Origin: Myxococcota bacterium
GTDB taxonomy: Bacteria > Myxococcota_A > Polyangia > HGW-17
DNA: 64,000 bases
Direction of reading: 5' to 3'
Assembly: GCA_036802685.1 (NCBI GenBank)
Contig: DAIRVS010000001.1
Coordinates: forward strand, 14,804-78,803
Position numbers and translations under genes: made by a program. Shown here piece by piece: positions 27,330-37,804 of this stretch. Below the pieces are notes generated by a model that was given only the letters and a program-made list of their open reading frames with translations, had not been told where the DNA came from and did no database searches. The stretch's first letter is position 1. Every line of letters starts with the position of its first letter.

Positions 27330-27390
27330 AAAACCATTGCACGGACTCGGGTTCGGTGCTTTCCTGTTCCTGTCGGAAGGAGACACCATC

Positions 27391-28236
27391 ATGCCGGGAC
27401 CCATCGCCCTCTGCCTCGAGAACTGCTACCCCGCCCACGAGAGCCTGCGCTACCTGCGCTGCGTCGCCCTCTCCGGCGCCGAGCCGGCCCTGTCGATCCT
27501 GCCCGGCGGCGAGATCGAATGGCACCAGGAGACCCCCGGACACGGCCAGTTGTGGGTCAGCGCCGACGAGCGGCTGATCTTTCATCGCCCCTCCGGCAGC
27601 GTCGGCTGGGCCCAGGTGCACCGCGGCGGCCGCCGGGTGGAGGTCCCCGAGGGAAAGCCGGTGGTGCTCCTCGACGGCGACTACCTCGTGGTTCCCGGCT
27701 TCTGCTACCGAATCCACGTCCACGGCCCGGCCGGCCAGATCCACGAGCCCACCTATTTGGATGGGCAGGATCCCGCGCGCCAGGAGCCCGCCCGGCACAC
27801 CCGCCACCGGCTGGCCGCCGCCGGTCTGGTGGCCGTCGCCACGCTCTTCGGCGCCCAGGGGGCGTGCACCACGGAAAAACCGGTGAACGAGAAGCCCGAG
27901 CCCCGGGAGGCCGGCGACCCCGGCCCCGACCAGCCCATGCCACCGGTGGACGAGCCGGACATGAAGCAACCGGTCCAGCCCGACATCGACGTGCGCGATC
28001 ATCCGCCCGCGCCGCTGCCCCCGGACGGCTACCGGAACATCCGCCCCGCGAACGAGTCCCTGGGCACGGTGGCGCCGCCGGCCGCGCCGCCGCCCATCGA
28101 GGTGCGCGTCGCGCCGCCCAAGCCGGCCCCGCCCATGAACCCGCCGCCCATGAAGGGCGACATGAAGGGCGACATGAAGGGCGACATGGACGAGGACGGG
28201 GAGGAAGACGGGGATCCGGTCCCGCCCATGAAATGA
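27391..28236 (+). CDS. Hypothetical membrane protein with Pro-rich tail and KGDM x3 repeat
   Basis: Start MPGPIAL at 27391 with GGAAGGAGA RBS. One TM segment (LAAAGLVAVATLFGA). Low-complexity C-terminus. Confidence 0.55.
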   Translation: MPGPIALCLENCYPAHESLRYLRCVALSGAEPALSILPGGEIEWHQETPGHGQLWVSADERLIFHRPSGSVGWAQVHRGGRRVEVPEGKPVVLLDGDYLVVPGFCYRIHVHGPAGQIHEPTYLDGQDPARQEPARHTRHRLAAAGLVAVATLFGAQGACTTEKPVNEKPEPREAGDPGPDQPMPPVDEPDMKQPVQPDIDVRDHPPAPLPPDGYRNIRPANESLGTVAPPAAPPPIEVRVAPPKPAPPMNPPPMKGDMKGDMKGDMDEDGEEDGDPVPPMK

Positions 28237-28345
28237 ACTGTCCTGGCGCTGGTCCCCACCCGCCCGGTTAAAACACAAGAAAGTCCTTGTTTTTCAGGGT
28301 ATTTTCTGCCACATTACAGGCAGTTCGACCACCCGAGGAAGGAAC

Positions 28346-29308
28346 ATGAAACTCACCGTCTCGCTTCTGATCCCGTTGCTCCTGATCGCCGCCTCCCCCG
28401 CCCGCGCCCAGGAGATCGTCTGCCCCAAGCCCACCGCCAGCCTCGAGGACAACAAGAACGAGGCCCGCCGCTACTTCAACATGGGCAACACGTACTTCAA
28501 CATGAAACAGTACGACAAGGCCGCCGCCTCGTTCCGCTGCGTCATCGGGCTCGTCCCCTACTCCGTCATGGCCCGCTACCGCCTCGCCATCTCCTACGAG
28601 CAGCTCGGCAAGGTCGCCCTCGCGCTGGAGCAGTTCCAGTGGGTGGTCGCCGACGCCTCGGACGAGGCCAAGCCGCTCCACGCCGACGCCCAGAAGCGCA
28701 TCGAGGCCGCCGAGAAGGCCGCCGCGGACGCCAAGGCCAGGGCCGACGCCGAAGCCAAGGCCAAGGCCGACGCCGTCGCCAAGGCCAAAGCCGACGCCAA
28801 GGCCAAAGCCGACGCCGACGCCAAGGCCAAAGCCGACGCCAAGGCCAAAGCCGACGCCGACGCCAAGGCCAAAGCCGACGCCAAGGCCAAAGCCGACGCC
28901 GACGCCAAGGCCAAGGCCGACGCCGACGCCAAGTCCCGACGCGAGACCCCGGGGACCACCCCCTCCCCCGCCGGCGGCCTCACCTCCCGCTGGTGGTTCT
29001 GGACCGGCGTGGGCGCCACCGTCCTGTTCACCGGCGCCACGGTGGTGCTCGGCCTCACCACGCTGGACCTCCAGAAGCAGTGGGAGGCTGACTGGGACCC
29101 CGAGGACCGCTCAAAGCTCGAGGACTTCCGGCTCTACACCGATCTCGCTTTGGGCGCCACGATCGTGTCGGCCGCCGCCCTGGGCGTGACCCTCTTCCTC
29201 ACCCGCGGCGACCGCGCCCCGAAGGGCCCCGCGGACACCACCGGCTGGCACGTCTTCCCCTCCTGCGGCCCCGACGGTTGCCAGTTGACCCTTTCCCTGG
29301 GATTCTAA
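28346..29308 (+). CDS. Secreted TPR-like protein with (AKADAK)n repeat tract and C-terminal two-TM anchor module (WWFWTGVGA...)
   Basis: Signal peptide [24 protein letters not shown]-like [21 protein letters not shown]. Repeat tract and TM segments read from the ORF. Confidence 0.75.
   Translation: MKLTVSLLIPLLLIAASPARAQEIVCPKPTASLEDNKNEARRYFNMGNTYFNMKQYDKAAASFRCVIGLVPYSVMARYRLAISYEQLGKVALALEQFQWVVADASDEAKPLHADAQKRIEAAEKAAADAKARADAEAKAKADAVAKAKADAKAKADADAKAKADAKAKADADAKAKADAKAKADADAKAKADADAKSRRETPGTTPSPAGGLTSRWWFWTGVGATVLFTGATVVLGLTTLDLQKQWEADWDPEDRSKLEDFRLYTDLALGATIVSAAALGVTLFLTRGDRAPKGPADTTGWHVFPSCGPDGCQLTLSLGF
28730..28935 (+). repeat. In-frame 18/30-bp tandem repeats encoding ([10 protein letters not shown])n
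   Basis: gccaaggccaaagccgacgccgacgcc... seen directly. Confidence 0.85.
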
Positions 29309-29323
29309 GGGCGGAGGTCCCCC

Positions 29324-31327
29324 ATGCGCACCCTTTCTAATTTATTCATTGTCTCCATTTTCAGCGTCCTCTCCGCCTGCACGCTCCTGGTCGAGGTCAA
29401 GGACAAACCGACCAACAACGGAAATGGCACCTGCGGTGACGGCGTGAAGAACGGCACCGAGGCGTGCGACGAGGAAGACCTCGGTGATCAGACCTGTGGG
29501 TCCCTGGGCTTCGACCCCACCGATGGCGGCGTCCTCACCTGCAACGCCAATTGCACCTTCGACACCTCCGGCTGCGGCGGAAGCGTCTGCGGCAACGGGA
29601 TCCTCGAGGAGGGCGAGGCGTGCGACGACGAACAACTCGGCGGCGCCACCTGTGTGACCCTCGGGTACACGGGAGGCCTCCTGGCGTGCAACGGAGAGTG
29701 CCAGTTCGACGTCTCCGAATGTGCCGGCGGCTTCTGCGGCAACGGCTACATCGACGCCGGCGAAGCCTGCGACGGCGAAAACCTCAACGGCTTCACCTGC
29801 GAAAGCCTGGGCCTGGGATTCGTCGAGGGCGACCTGCGCTGCGCCGATGACTGCACCTTCAACACCTCGCAGTGTGAAGGGGCCGAGACCGAGACCATCT
29901 GCGACGACGGCGCCGACAACGACAACGACGGCAAGACCGACTGCGCAGACCCGGACTGCCTGAACGAAGATCATTGTGGAGCCGAAGAATTCGATTGCCA
30001 CGACGACAACGACAACGACGGCGACGGCATGATCGACTGCGAAGATCCCGAATGCGCCAACGAGCCCATGTGCATGATCGATAACGAGATCTGCAACAAT
30101 GGCGTTGATGACGACGGCGACGGCAGCATCGATTGCTGGGACTCCGGCTGCATGGGCCATCCGGGCTGCTCGATGGGGACCTGCGGTGATGGGACCGTCA
30201 ACTACCCCAGCGGCGAGCAGTGCGACGGCGCCAACTTCGACGGCGAGGATTGCATCTCCCTTGGATACATGGGCGGCACCCTGAATTGCTTCCAGTTCAC
30301 CTGCCAGTTCGATGTCTCCGGCTGCATCGGCAACGGAGTCTGCGGCAACGGGATCATCGAAACGCCCGAGGAGAGCTGCGAAGGCGCCAACCTCAACGGG
30401 AAAGACTGTTTCACCATGGGCTTTGCCGGAGGCGGTACCCTGACCTGCGGAACGGACTGCCAATACATCGTCAGCGGGTGCACGCACAACCTCTCCTCCA
30501 CGTTCATCGGAAACCTGGTGTACGTCCCCGGGGGGACCTTCCTGCGGGACACGGATCCTTCGAACCTGAGCACGGTCTCGTCGTTTTACATGAGCCAGTA
30601 CGAGATCACGCGGACCCACTGGACCTCGGTGACGGGGTGGCCCGACCCCAGCGATGTGAGCCGCTCGAGCGGTCCGGGAGACCCGGTGCAGATGGTGAGC
30701 TGGTACGACGCGATCGCTTTTTGCAACAAACTGAGCCTGCAGGAGGGGTTGACGCCGGTGTACTCGATCTCCGGCGTGAACTTCCAGACCCTGACCTACG
30801 CGCAGATCCCGACCGCGGACGACGTCAACTGGAACGCGGTGACGGCGGACTGGGGGGCGAACGGGTACCGGCTGCCCACGGAGATGGAGTGGCTGTGGGC
30901 GGCGATGGGCGGAGACACGGCGGACCCGGGCAACGTGAACACGGACGGTTTCATGAAACTGTTCGCGGGGCACTCCGGCACCAACACCATCGGGGACTGT
31001 GCGGTGTTCGGCTTCTATTCCAGCGAGCCGGGCCGCACGATGACCGAGCGGACCAACCCGGTGGGTTCGAGGTGCGCCAACGAGCTGGGCATCTACGACC
31101 TCTCCGGGAACGTGTGGGAGTGGATCTGGGACTGGAAGCAGGATTCTTTCCCGACCGGAGACCTGACGAATTACCGGGGCCCGGGCGTCCCTGGCCCGGG
31201 CGGCGGCCGCGTGGGGCGTGGCGGCAGCTGGGAGAATTCCTCTCCCTCCTGCGCCCTGAACGACCGTGGCGTGGGCATGCCGAACATCCGGTACTTCAAC
31301 TTCGGGTTTCACGTGGTCCGTAAATGA
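29324..31327 (+). CDS. Lipoprotein: Asn-rich tether, ~9 Myxococcus cysteine-rich repeats, C-terminal FGE-sulfatase (formylglycine-generating-enzyme-like) domain
   Basis: Lipobox VLSAC. Repeats CGNG..E.GE.CD...LGG.TC.TLGY.GG.L.CN..C.FD.S.C (TIGR02232-type). The C-terminal part aligns with the frameshifted paralog at 6377..8339. Confidence 0.85.
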   Translation: MRTLSNLFIVSIFSVLSACTLLVEVKDKPTNNGNGTCGDGVKNGTEACDEEDLGDQTCGSLGFDPTDGGVLTCNANCTFDTSGCGGSVCGNGILEEGEACDDEQLGGATCVTLGYTGGLLACNGECQFDVSECAGGFCGNGYIDAGEACDGENLNGFTCESLGLGFVEGDLRCADDCTFNTSQCEGAETETICDDGADNDNDGKTDCADPDCLNEDHCGAEEFDCHDDNDNDGDGMIDCEDPECANEPMCMIDNEICNNGVDDDGDGSIDCWDSGCMGHPGCSMGTCGDGTVNYPSGEQCDGANFDGEDCISLGYMGGTLNCFQFTCQFDVSGCIGNGVCGNGIIETPEESCEGANLNGKDCFTMGFAGGGTLTCGTDCQYIVSGCTHNLSSTFIGNLVYVPGGTFLRDTDPSNLSTVSSFYMSQYEITRTHWTSVTGWPDPSDVSRSSGPGDPVQMVSWYDAIAFCNKLSLQEGLTPVYSISGVNFQTLTYAQIPTADDVNWNAVTADWGANGYRLPTEMEWLWAAMGGDTADPGNVNTDGFMKLFAGHSGTNTIGDCAVFGFYSSEPGRTMTERTNPVGSRCANELGIYDLSGNVWEWIWDWKQDSFPTGDLTNYRGPGVPGPGGGRVGRGGSWENSSPSCALNDRGVGMPNIRYFNFGFHVVRK

Positions 31328-31342
31328 TTTCGGAGGCTCTCC

Positions 31343-33139
31343 ATGCGTACCGTTAATAATTTGCTTATCATCTCCTGTCTCGGCGTCCTCTCCGCCTGCT
31401 CCCTCCTCGTCGAGGTCAAGGACCGACCGGCCAACAACGTCAACAACGTCAACAACGCGAACAACACCAACAACGCCGTCTGCGGCGACGGCGTGGTGAC
31501 CGGCGGCGAGTCCTGCGACGAGGAAAACCTCAACGGCCTCACCTGTCTGGACCTGGATTTCGCGGGAGGTTGGCTGCAGTGCACCGCCGATTGCAGTTTC
31601 GACACTTCCGAATGCTCCGACGCACCCGTCTGCGGGGACGGGCTCCGGTCCGAGACCGAGCTCTGCGACGGCGAGGATCTCGGCGGCCAAACCTGCGAGA
31701 GCCTGGGCCGGGGCTTTATTGAGGGCCAATTGTATTGTAAAGAGGATTGCGCCGATTTCGACACCACCCAGTGCGTCGGCGGGGGAGAGATCTGCGACAA
31801 CCTGATGGACGACGACGGGGACGGTGATACCGACTGCGCCGACGCCGACTGCGCCTCGCTCCCGATCTGTACGGGAGGCTCCTGCGGAAACGGGCTGATC
31901 GAAGGCGAGGAAGAGTGCGACGGGGACAACCTCAACAACCTGCTGTGCGAGGACTTCGGCTTCACGCCCGGCGGCGCGCTCGATTGTGACGGCCCGTCCT
32001 GCAAATTCATCTTTTCGGGATGTACCTACACCTCCGGCATGTCGCCGCCGAACGTGATCGTCGCCGGCGAATCCCACACCTGCGCCGGCTCGTCCGAAGG
32101 CGTCTACTGCTGGGGGTACAACGATCATGGACAACTCGGCACCAACACCTCTTTCATGTACCGCCCCACCCCGGGCCAAAAAATCGATTTCAATGGTATA
32201 GAGCTTGGAACCTCTGCTCTGGCCGCCGGGGGTGCCCACACCTGCATGGTCTCCGATAACGCGGGTATGTACGGTCACCTCGTGTGTTGGGGCGCCAACT
32301 CCCACGGCCAGCTCGGCACCGGCTCGGCCGGCAACGACTCGGCGCCCGTGAATGTCGGCGGGACGAACACCTACTCGGACGTGGTCGCGGGCCGGGAACA
32401 CACCTGCGCCCTGCGCACCGACGGCAAGGTGTTCTGCTGGGGCAGCAACCTGCGCGGCCAGCTCGGGTTGCCCGGCGCGGGGACCCTCGTCCCCAGCCCG
32501 ACCGAAGTCACCAGCATTTACAATGTCACCTCGCTCTCGGCGGGCTACCACCACACCTGCGCGATCCAGGAGGAGACGGCCGGGCAGGGGGAACTGTTCT
32601 GCTGGGGCGACAACACCGAGGGCCAGATCGGAAACGCGGATTGGACGGACGTGATCGAACAACCCACGGCCATCACGGATCTGACCTTCGTTCAGAAGGT
32701 CGCCTGCGGGGAACGACACACCTGCGCCATCGCGGAGGGGAGCAGCGTGTGGTGCTGGGGCGCCAACACCGAAAGCCAGCTCGGCATGGGAGGATCCGGC
32801 TCCAACTTCCCCCAGCAGGTCGGGGATCTCCAGGCGTTCCAGATCTGGGCCGGCGCCAATCACACCTGCGTGATCACGGACGCCATCGGATCGGTGTCCT
32901 GCTGGGGCCGCAACGTCCACGGCCAGATCGGCGTCGACCACACCCAGCCGGTGGGCAGCCCCGTGCCATTGACGATCGGAGATTTCATGATGCTGGGGGG
33001 CGGGGGGGACCACACCTGCGGCATCATCAATGTTGGTGGCACCTTCAAGGCCTACTGCTGGGGCGCCAACTGGTTCGGCCAGTTGGGCCAAGGCAACACC
33101 GCCACCAACCCCTCCCCCTGGCCGGTGCTCGGGCAATGA
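31343..33139 (+). CDS. Lipoprotein: same leader and Asn-rich tether, ~5 Myxococcus cysteine-rich repeats, C-terminal RCC1-repeat beta-propeller
   Basis: The first ~30 codons are near-identical to the 29324 gene ([27 protein letters not shown] vs MRTLSNLFIVSIFSVLSACTLLVEVKD). CWG.N..GQLG repeats occur 7-8 times. Confidence 0.85.
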   Translation: MRTVNNLLIISCLGVLSACSLLVEVKDRPANNVNNVNNANNTNNAVCGDGVVTGGESCDEENLNGLTCLDLDFAGGWLQCTADCSFDTSECSDAPVCGDGLRSETELCDGEDLGGQTCESLGRGFIEGQLYCKEDCADFDTTQCVGGGEICDNLMDDDGDGDTDCADADCASLPICTGGSCGNGLIEGEEECDGDNLNNLLCEDFGFTPGGALDCDGPSCKFIFSGCTYTSGMSPPNVIVAGESHTCAGSSEGVYCWGYNDHGQLGTNTSFMYRPTPGQKIDFNGIELGTSALAAGGAHTCMVSDNAGMYGHLVCWGANSHGQLGTGSAGNDSAPVNVGGTNTYSDVVAGREHTCALRTDGKVFCWGSNLRGQLGLPGAGTLVPSPTEVTSIYNVTSLSAGYHHTCAIQEETAGQGELFCWGDNTEGQIGNADWTDVIEQPTAITDLTFVQKVACGERHTCAIAEGSSVWCWGANTESQLGMGGSGSNFPQQVGDLQAFQIWAGANHTCVITDAIGSVSCWGRNVHGQIGVDHTQPVGSPVPLTIGDFMMLGGGGDHTCGIINVGGTFKAYCWGANWFGQLGQGNTATNPSPWPVLGQ

Positions 33140-33166
33140 CCGAACGGCACGCCTGAACCATCCCCA

Positions 33167-34060
33167 TCATCTCACCGACAGGCGCAGCACCTGGTAGAGC
33201 TCCCCGCGGGAGCGGCCGTCCTCGGCGTCGCGCTCGGTGGCGTGGATCCACGCCAGGCGGTGGGTCGCGCTGAAGTACACCTCCACCTCGGCCGAGAGCG
33301 CGCAGGAGGTCTCGGGCAGACCCTCGCAGGCCAGCGTCGTCTCGGCGAGGGTCCGTCGGTCGGCCACGCGTAGGATCCGGACGCGGGTTCGGTGGTCCAC
33401 GTCCTTTGCCTCGTAGACCACCTCGTGGTCCTTCGCGTCCTCGCCGGCCTCGAACATCCGATCCAGGCGTGCCGCCCCCAGCGCGCGGGCCTGCGACCCC
33501 ACCTCGTCCAGGCGTTTCTGCAGCAACGGGCGCAGACGCCCCAACGCGGCCTCGACGCGCTCCGGGATCCGCTCGCACGAGTCCGGATCCTGGCTCCCGT
33601 AGGGTTCCTCCGGATCCACGGCCTGGTCCTGCAGGCACTCCGGGTCCTTCGCATCCCGGTGGGCCTGTCGCACCTCCTCCTCGGTGAGGATGTGGAAGCG
33701 GCTGATCTCCTTGCGATCGGGCAGCGCGCGCACCACGACGTGCAGCTCGGTGAACGGCTCCTCCTCCTCGGCGGCGTCCGTGAAACGGGCGTAGCAGAAG
33801 CGGCGCTCCAACTCCAGGATCCTGGCGCCGTCGGCCGAGATCGCGGGGAACCCCGAGAGGGACGGGGCGTCGACCCCGAGCGTGTCCATAGTGAGCTCGC
33901 CCAACTCGAGGACCGGCGCCGCCAGCGGGTCCACCGGACCCGCGGCAGGACCCGCGGCGGCTTTGGGCAGACCTGGTTTCGAGCTCCCGGACCCCGCGCA
34001 CGCCGGGATCACCAGGGCCGCAAACAGAATGGTCACTCCAGTTTTCAGGTAGGTTTTCAT
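33167..34060 (-). CDS. Hypothetical lipoprotein
   Basis: Start MKTYLKTGVTILFAALVIPACAGS at 34060. The upstream part of ORF 33167..34957 is artefact. Confidence 0.65.
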   Translation of the reverse strand: MKTYLKTGVTILFAALVIPACAGSGSSKPGLPKAAAGPAAGPVDPLAAPVLELGELTMDTLGVDAPSLSGFPAISADGARILELERRFCYARFTDAAEEEEPFTELHVVVRALPDRKEISRFHILTEEEVRQAHRDAKDPECLQDQAVDPEEPYGSQDPDSCERIPERVEAALGRLRPLLQKRLDEVGSQARALGAARLDRMFEAGEDAKDHEVVYEAKDVDHRTRVRILRVADRRTLAETTLACEGLPETSCALSAEVEVYFSATHRLAWIHATERDAEDGRSRGELYQVLRLSVR

Positions 34061-34100
34061 GACAATTCTCCCCTCAGGTTCAGATTTCGACCGGGTCCCC

Positions 34101-36011
34101 CTAATCCAGCGTCCTTCGCAGCACCGTGCCCGCCTCGCCGACGACCAGGACCTCGGTGTCCGAGAGCCACAGCGCGTCGCCCAAAAAGGCATCGAGGCCG
34201 GTCCGGACGTCCTGCCAGGTGAGACCGCCGTCCAGAGTGAGCCACGCGGCCCCGTGCTGCCCCACCGCCAGCCCGCGATCACCGGCGAAGGCCACGGCGT
34301 ACAGGTTCTCGCCGATGCCGTCGCAGACCACGCAGGCCCAGGTGGCGCCGTCGTCATCCGACGCGAGGATGGTGCCGAAGTCGCCCACCGCGATCCAGCG
34401 GCCCTCGCGGACCCAGGCCACGTCGTAGTACCACTCGGCGGGCGCCCCGACGGGCACCGCGGACGGGGTGAAGACGACGCCGTCCGTCGAGCGCCCCAGG
34501 TACTGCCAGTACCCGCCCGCGAGCCAGGTGCCCCAGGGCGCGGCCGCCACCACCGCACCCTGCGCCCGCTGCCCGTATTCCGCGTCGAAGGCCACGTCGC
34601 CAAAAGTGAGACCGCCGTCGACGCTGCGGGCACCCTGCCAGTAGCCGGTGGCCACCGCGGCCGGCCCGGCGCAGGCGGCGCCGTTGAGGAACTGGTAGCC
34701 GAAGAACGGGCCGTCCACCTCGCCGATCTTCGGCCGGTGCTCCCAGGTCTCGCCGGCGTCGGGGCTGCGGACGAACTGACCCTCCCCGAAGCCCAGGCCG
34801 GTGCCGTCCGCGGTGAAGCACAGATCGGCGAGCGCGCGACCGGGGAAGGCCGAGGTCCCGGCGACGGGCACGGCCTCCCAGGTGTCCGGGGCCAGGCGCA
34901 GGAACAGGCCGTTTTCGGTCCCTCCGGTGAAGAGAACGCCGTCGGGCGCCTCGACAAGGGCGGTCAACGAATAGGCAGCCGGGAACGTCTCGCGGGTCCA
35001 GCCCTCGGCCGTCTCTCCGGCCCCGGGCCGCTTCCCCGCGTCGAACCACTCGAACATCTCGGGATAGAAGAAGCCGTAGAGCTCGTGGCCGGCGTCGAGT
35101 TGACGGTCGAAGATGCGCTCGGACGGGAAGCCGGCGGCGGCGAGGCGGCTCACCAACTGGTAGTGATAGGTCCGCATGTAGTCGCGAAAGCCCGTGGCCA
35201 GATACACGCGACCCCGGTCCTGCATCCGGTTCGTGATCCACGTCCCGCCGCCCACGAAGCCGAAGCCGGTAAAAGGCGTCGCTGCATCCGCCAGCGCCCG
35301 CGAGGTCTGGTTGGTGCCCGACGAGAAGCCCATCAGGTACAGGCGCTCCGGATCCAGGCGCACCCGGCCCGACACCTCGATCACGAGGGCGGCGAGGAAC
35401 TCGTGGTTGCGCTCCGTGTCCCCCTGGTTCTGGTCCCAGCGATAGACCACCCAGCCGTCCTCGGAGGCGCTCCGGGAGCGGGGCCGCACCAGCACGAAGC
35501 CGTGAGCTTCTGCCGCGTCCTTCGCCGCGTCGAGCCCGTAGGCCAATTCCGGGTTGTCCCCCGCGGTGCCGTGCAGATCCATGAGCAGGGCCGCGGGGGC
35601 GTCGTGGGCGTACCCGGAGGGGACGTACATGTAATAATATCGCGTCTCGAGCTCGACCGGGAGCTCCTGGGCGAAGAACTCCCGCTGCGTCAACGGATCT
35701 CCTAGCGTGCAGGCCCCCGCGAGGTCGGTGAACGCCCCCGCCACGCACACGCACTCGTGGCCCCCGGGCTCAAAGGGCGAAGGCCGGCACTGCGCGGCGG
35801 GACCGCAGTCCACGTCCGCACAGGGATCGACCACCGCCGTGCAGACGTCCTCGAGGCAGACCAGATCCTCCCGGTTGCAGGTGCCGTCCGGGTGACAGGA
35901 CCCGCCCTCGTCACCCACGACGGGAAGGTTACTGTTTTCCTTGACTTTTGGGTCGTCGCAGGCCCAGAGCGCCAGGCCCAGCGCAACCCACAGGAGCCAG
36001 CCACAGCGCAT
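34101..36011 (-). CDS. Lipoprotein: EGF-like Cys-rich module, alpha/beta-hydrolase esterase (PHB-depolymerase-like, GFSSG), and BNR/Asp-box (Ycf48-like) beta-propeller
   Basis: Lipobox ALWAC. Esterase motifs LHGTAGDNPE and LMGFSSGT. Four S-x-D-x-G-x-T-W-like Asp-box motifs (SPDAGETW, SVDGGLTF, SDDDGATW, TLDGGLTW). Confidence 0.75.
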   Translation of the reverse strand: MRCGWLLWVALGLALWACDDPKVKENSNLPVVGDEGGSCHPDGTCNREDLVCLEDVCTAVVDPCADVDCGPAAQCRPSPFEPGGHECVCVAGAFTDLAGACTLGDPLTQREFFAQELPVELETRYYYMYVPSGYAHDAPAALLMDLHGTAGDNPELAYGLDAAKDAAEAHGFVLVRPRSRSASEDGWVVYRWDQNQGDTERNHEFLAALVIEVSGRVRLDPERLYLMGFSSGTNQTSRALADAATPFTGFGFVGGGTWITNRMQDRGRVYLATGFRDYMRTYHYQLVSRLAAAGFPSERIFDRQLDAGHELYGFFYPEMFEWFDAGKRPGAGETAEGWTRETFPAAYSLTALVEAPDGVLFTGGTENGLFLRLAPDTWEAVPVAGTSAFPGRALADLCFTADGTGLGFGEGQFVRSPDAGETWEHRPKIGEVDGPFFGYQFLNGAACAGPAAVATGYWQGARSVDGGLTFGDVAFDAEYGQRAQGAVVAAAPWGTWLAGGYWQYLGRSTDGVVFTPSAVPVGAPAEWYYDVAWVREGRWIAVGDFGTILASDDDGATWACVVCDGIGENLYAVAFAGDRGLAVGQHGAAWLTLDGGLTWQDVRTGLDAFLGDALWLSDTEVLVVGEAGTVLRRTLD

Positions 36012-36032
36012 CCGACACCTCCGGTTGGGAGC

Positions 36033-36554
36033 TCAATGGATCGTCGGGCAGCCGGCGAAGTCCGCGCACAGCCCGGTCTCGACGGCGTCCTCCCAGCACA
36101 GCCGGCCGGCGCCGCGGAAGCATCCGGCCGCGCCGGAGCCGTACATCTCGCAGTCGATGGAGCACTGGGACAGATCCTCGCCGCCGCAGTCGGTGACCAG
36201 CAGGTCGCAGGCGCCGTCGCAGAACCCGACGTCGTCGAAGGTCTGGCAACGCATGCATTCTTCGTAGCCGGTACAGTCGGTGGCCGCCAGCAGGCAGGTC
36301 TTGACATACGGCTCCAGGGTCCCGTCGCACTTCGTCACGCAGGAATCCACGGTCGCGCCGAAGACCGTCTCCTTGTCGGTGATCGTCTCGCAGGCCATCA
36401 GCGCCGCGCACATCGTCTGGCAGGCCGTCTGGTTGTTCGCGTTGTTGACGTTGTTGACGTTGTTGATGTTGTTCGCGTTGTTGGACGATTCGTCGTCGTC
36501 ACAGGCGACGAGCGCGGCGAGGGTCAAAAGGGAACAAATGAGAAGTTTTTTCAT
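36033..36554 (-). CDS. Small Cys-rich lipoprotein (20 Cys) with Asn-rich tether
   Basis: Start MKKLLICSLLTLAALVAC at 36554. [17 protein letters not shown] tract. Lies 21 nt upstream of the 34101..36011 gene. Confidence 0.7.
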   Translation of the reverse strand: MKKLLICSLLTLAALVACDDDESSNNANNINNVNNVNNANNQTACQTMCAALMACETITDKETVFGATVDSCVTKCDGTLEPYVKTCLLAATDCTGYEECMRCQTFDDVGFCDGACDLLVTDCGGEDLSQCSIDCEMYGSGAAGCFRGAGRLCWEDAVETGLCADFAGCPTIH

Positions 36555-36616
36555 GGTTTTTTCCTTTCCCGGACGCAGTATGGACCGGGTCAAACAGATG
36601 TGCAAGCCGCCCATGG

Positions 36617-36949
36617 TCAAACCTTTTTCCAGGCTACGCTCGCGGCCACTGCCGAGAACACGACCTCGGAGCCCAGGGGTTCCTTCATGAGATAGACCGA
36701 CGGGAAGTTGCGGATCTCCGTGCTCTGCAGGCGCACGGCCAGGCTCACGGCGTAGGCGCCGGGCGGATCGTCAACGTCACTGACCTGAACGGCCACCACG
36801 CCCTCCACGTGCCGCTGATAGGAAAAACCCACGACGCCGGTGAGCTCAATCATCCACCGATCGTCCTTCTCGTCGGCCAGCTCCATGATCATCTCGTCGC
36901 GGATGCCGAAGACCTGGATGATGCGAGCCTTGCGAAGTTTGTAAGCCAT
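36617..36949 (-). CDS. Hypothetical 110-aa protein
   Basis: Start MAYKLRKARI at 36949. GC3-rich. The rest of ORF 36617..37732 is artefact. Confidence 0.5.
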   Translation of the reverse strand: MAYKLRKARIIQVFGIRDEMIMELADEKDDRWMIELTGVVGFSYQRHVEGVVAVQVSDVDDPPGAYAVSLAVRLQSTEIRNFPSVYLMKEPLGSEVVFSAVAASVAWKKV

Positions 36950-37069
36950 GTTCGCCTCCTGCCGCCGGGAACGATCGGGGTCCGCCGTCGCCGTGATCCC
37001 GTGAGCATACACGGGCGTCCCTGCGTTGTCATCCGCATTTTCGCTGGACAGGACCGGTTGCATTCTGGT

Positions 37070-37801
37070 ATGACCGGGACCGGCCGGCGCCGCGCGACGC
37101 TGGCAGAAAGGCGCCTCTTGTCCCGCACCGCCTGGATCATCGGCAACACCGACGGCATCGGCCTGGGCCTCACCCGCCGGCTCCTGAAGAACGGCTGGAC
37201 GGTCACCGGCCTCTCCCGCTCCCCGGCCTCCCTCGCCCATGAGGCCTACGAACATCACGTGGCGGACGTGGCCGCGCCCGACTATCCGCAGATCCTGTCC
37301 GGGCTGGCCGCGCGCGGGATCCCCGACCTGGTGGTCTACTGCGCCGGCACCGGGCAGGAGCTGGATCTCGCCGATCTCTCCGCGGAGCCCCACACCTTCG
37401 AGGTCAACCTGCTCGGGATGGTGCGCACCGCCGCGACCGTGATCCCGCCCATGGTCGCCCGCGGGGCCGGCCACTTCGTCGGCCTCTCCAGCCTGGCCGA
37501 CGAACTGCGGCTCCCCGACGCCATCGGCTACTACGCCTCCAAGGCGGGGTTCTCGGCGTACCTCGCCGGGCTGGGGCGCGCGGCCAGGAAGCGCGGCGTC
37601 GCGGTCACCAACGTGCGCTTCGGTTTCGTGGACACCAAGATGGCGAAGGGACCGTCGAAGCCCCTGATGATGACCGTGGAGCGGGCGGTCAATCATATAG
37701 AATATTGCATACGATGCCGACCGGCGCGCCACACGGCCCCGAAACTCATGATCCCGGTGGTGAAACTGATCCGCTTCGCCGCCTGGCTGGGCCTCGCGTA
37801 G
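37070..37801 (+). CDS. Short-chain dehydrogenase/reductase (SDR)
   Basis: Rossmann motif TGNTDGIGLGL. Catalytic YxxxK (YYASKAG). Start ATG 37070. An upstream GTG is possible. Confidence 0.8.
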   Translation: MTGTGRRRATLAERRLLSRTAWIIGNTDGIGLGLTRRLLKNGWTVTGLSRSPASLAHEAYEHHVADVAAPDYPQILSGLAARGIPDLVVYCAGTGQELDLADLSAEPHTFEVNLLGMVRTAATVIPPMVARGAGHFVGLSSLADELRLPDAIGYYASKAGFSAYLAGLGRAARKRGVAVTNVRFGFVDTKMAKGPSKPLMMTVERAVNHIEYCIRCRPARHTAPKLMIPVVKLIRFAAWLGLA

Positions 37802-37804
37802 ACG

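Noticed and set aside
29342-33136. 1264-aa minus-strand ORF, and similar very long ORFs (1919..4081, 9660..11048, 18517..20439, 25626..27404, 42673..45411, 53752..55281, 57437..59413, 60047..61570)
   Set aside because: They are antisense or alternate-frame read-throughs typical of ~68% GC DNA. They have Arg/Ala/Gly-rich low-information translations and no motifs. Each overlaps a well-supported gene on the other strand.
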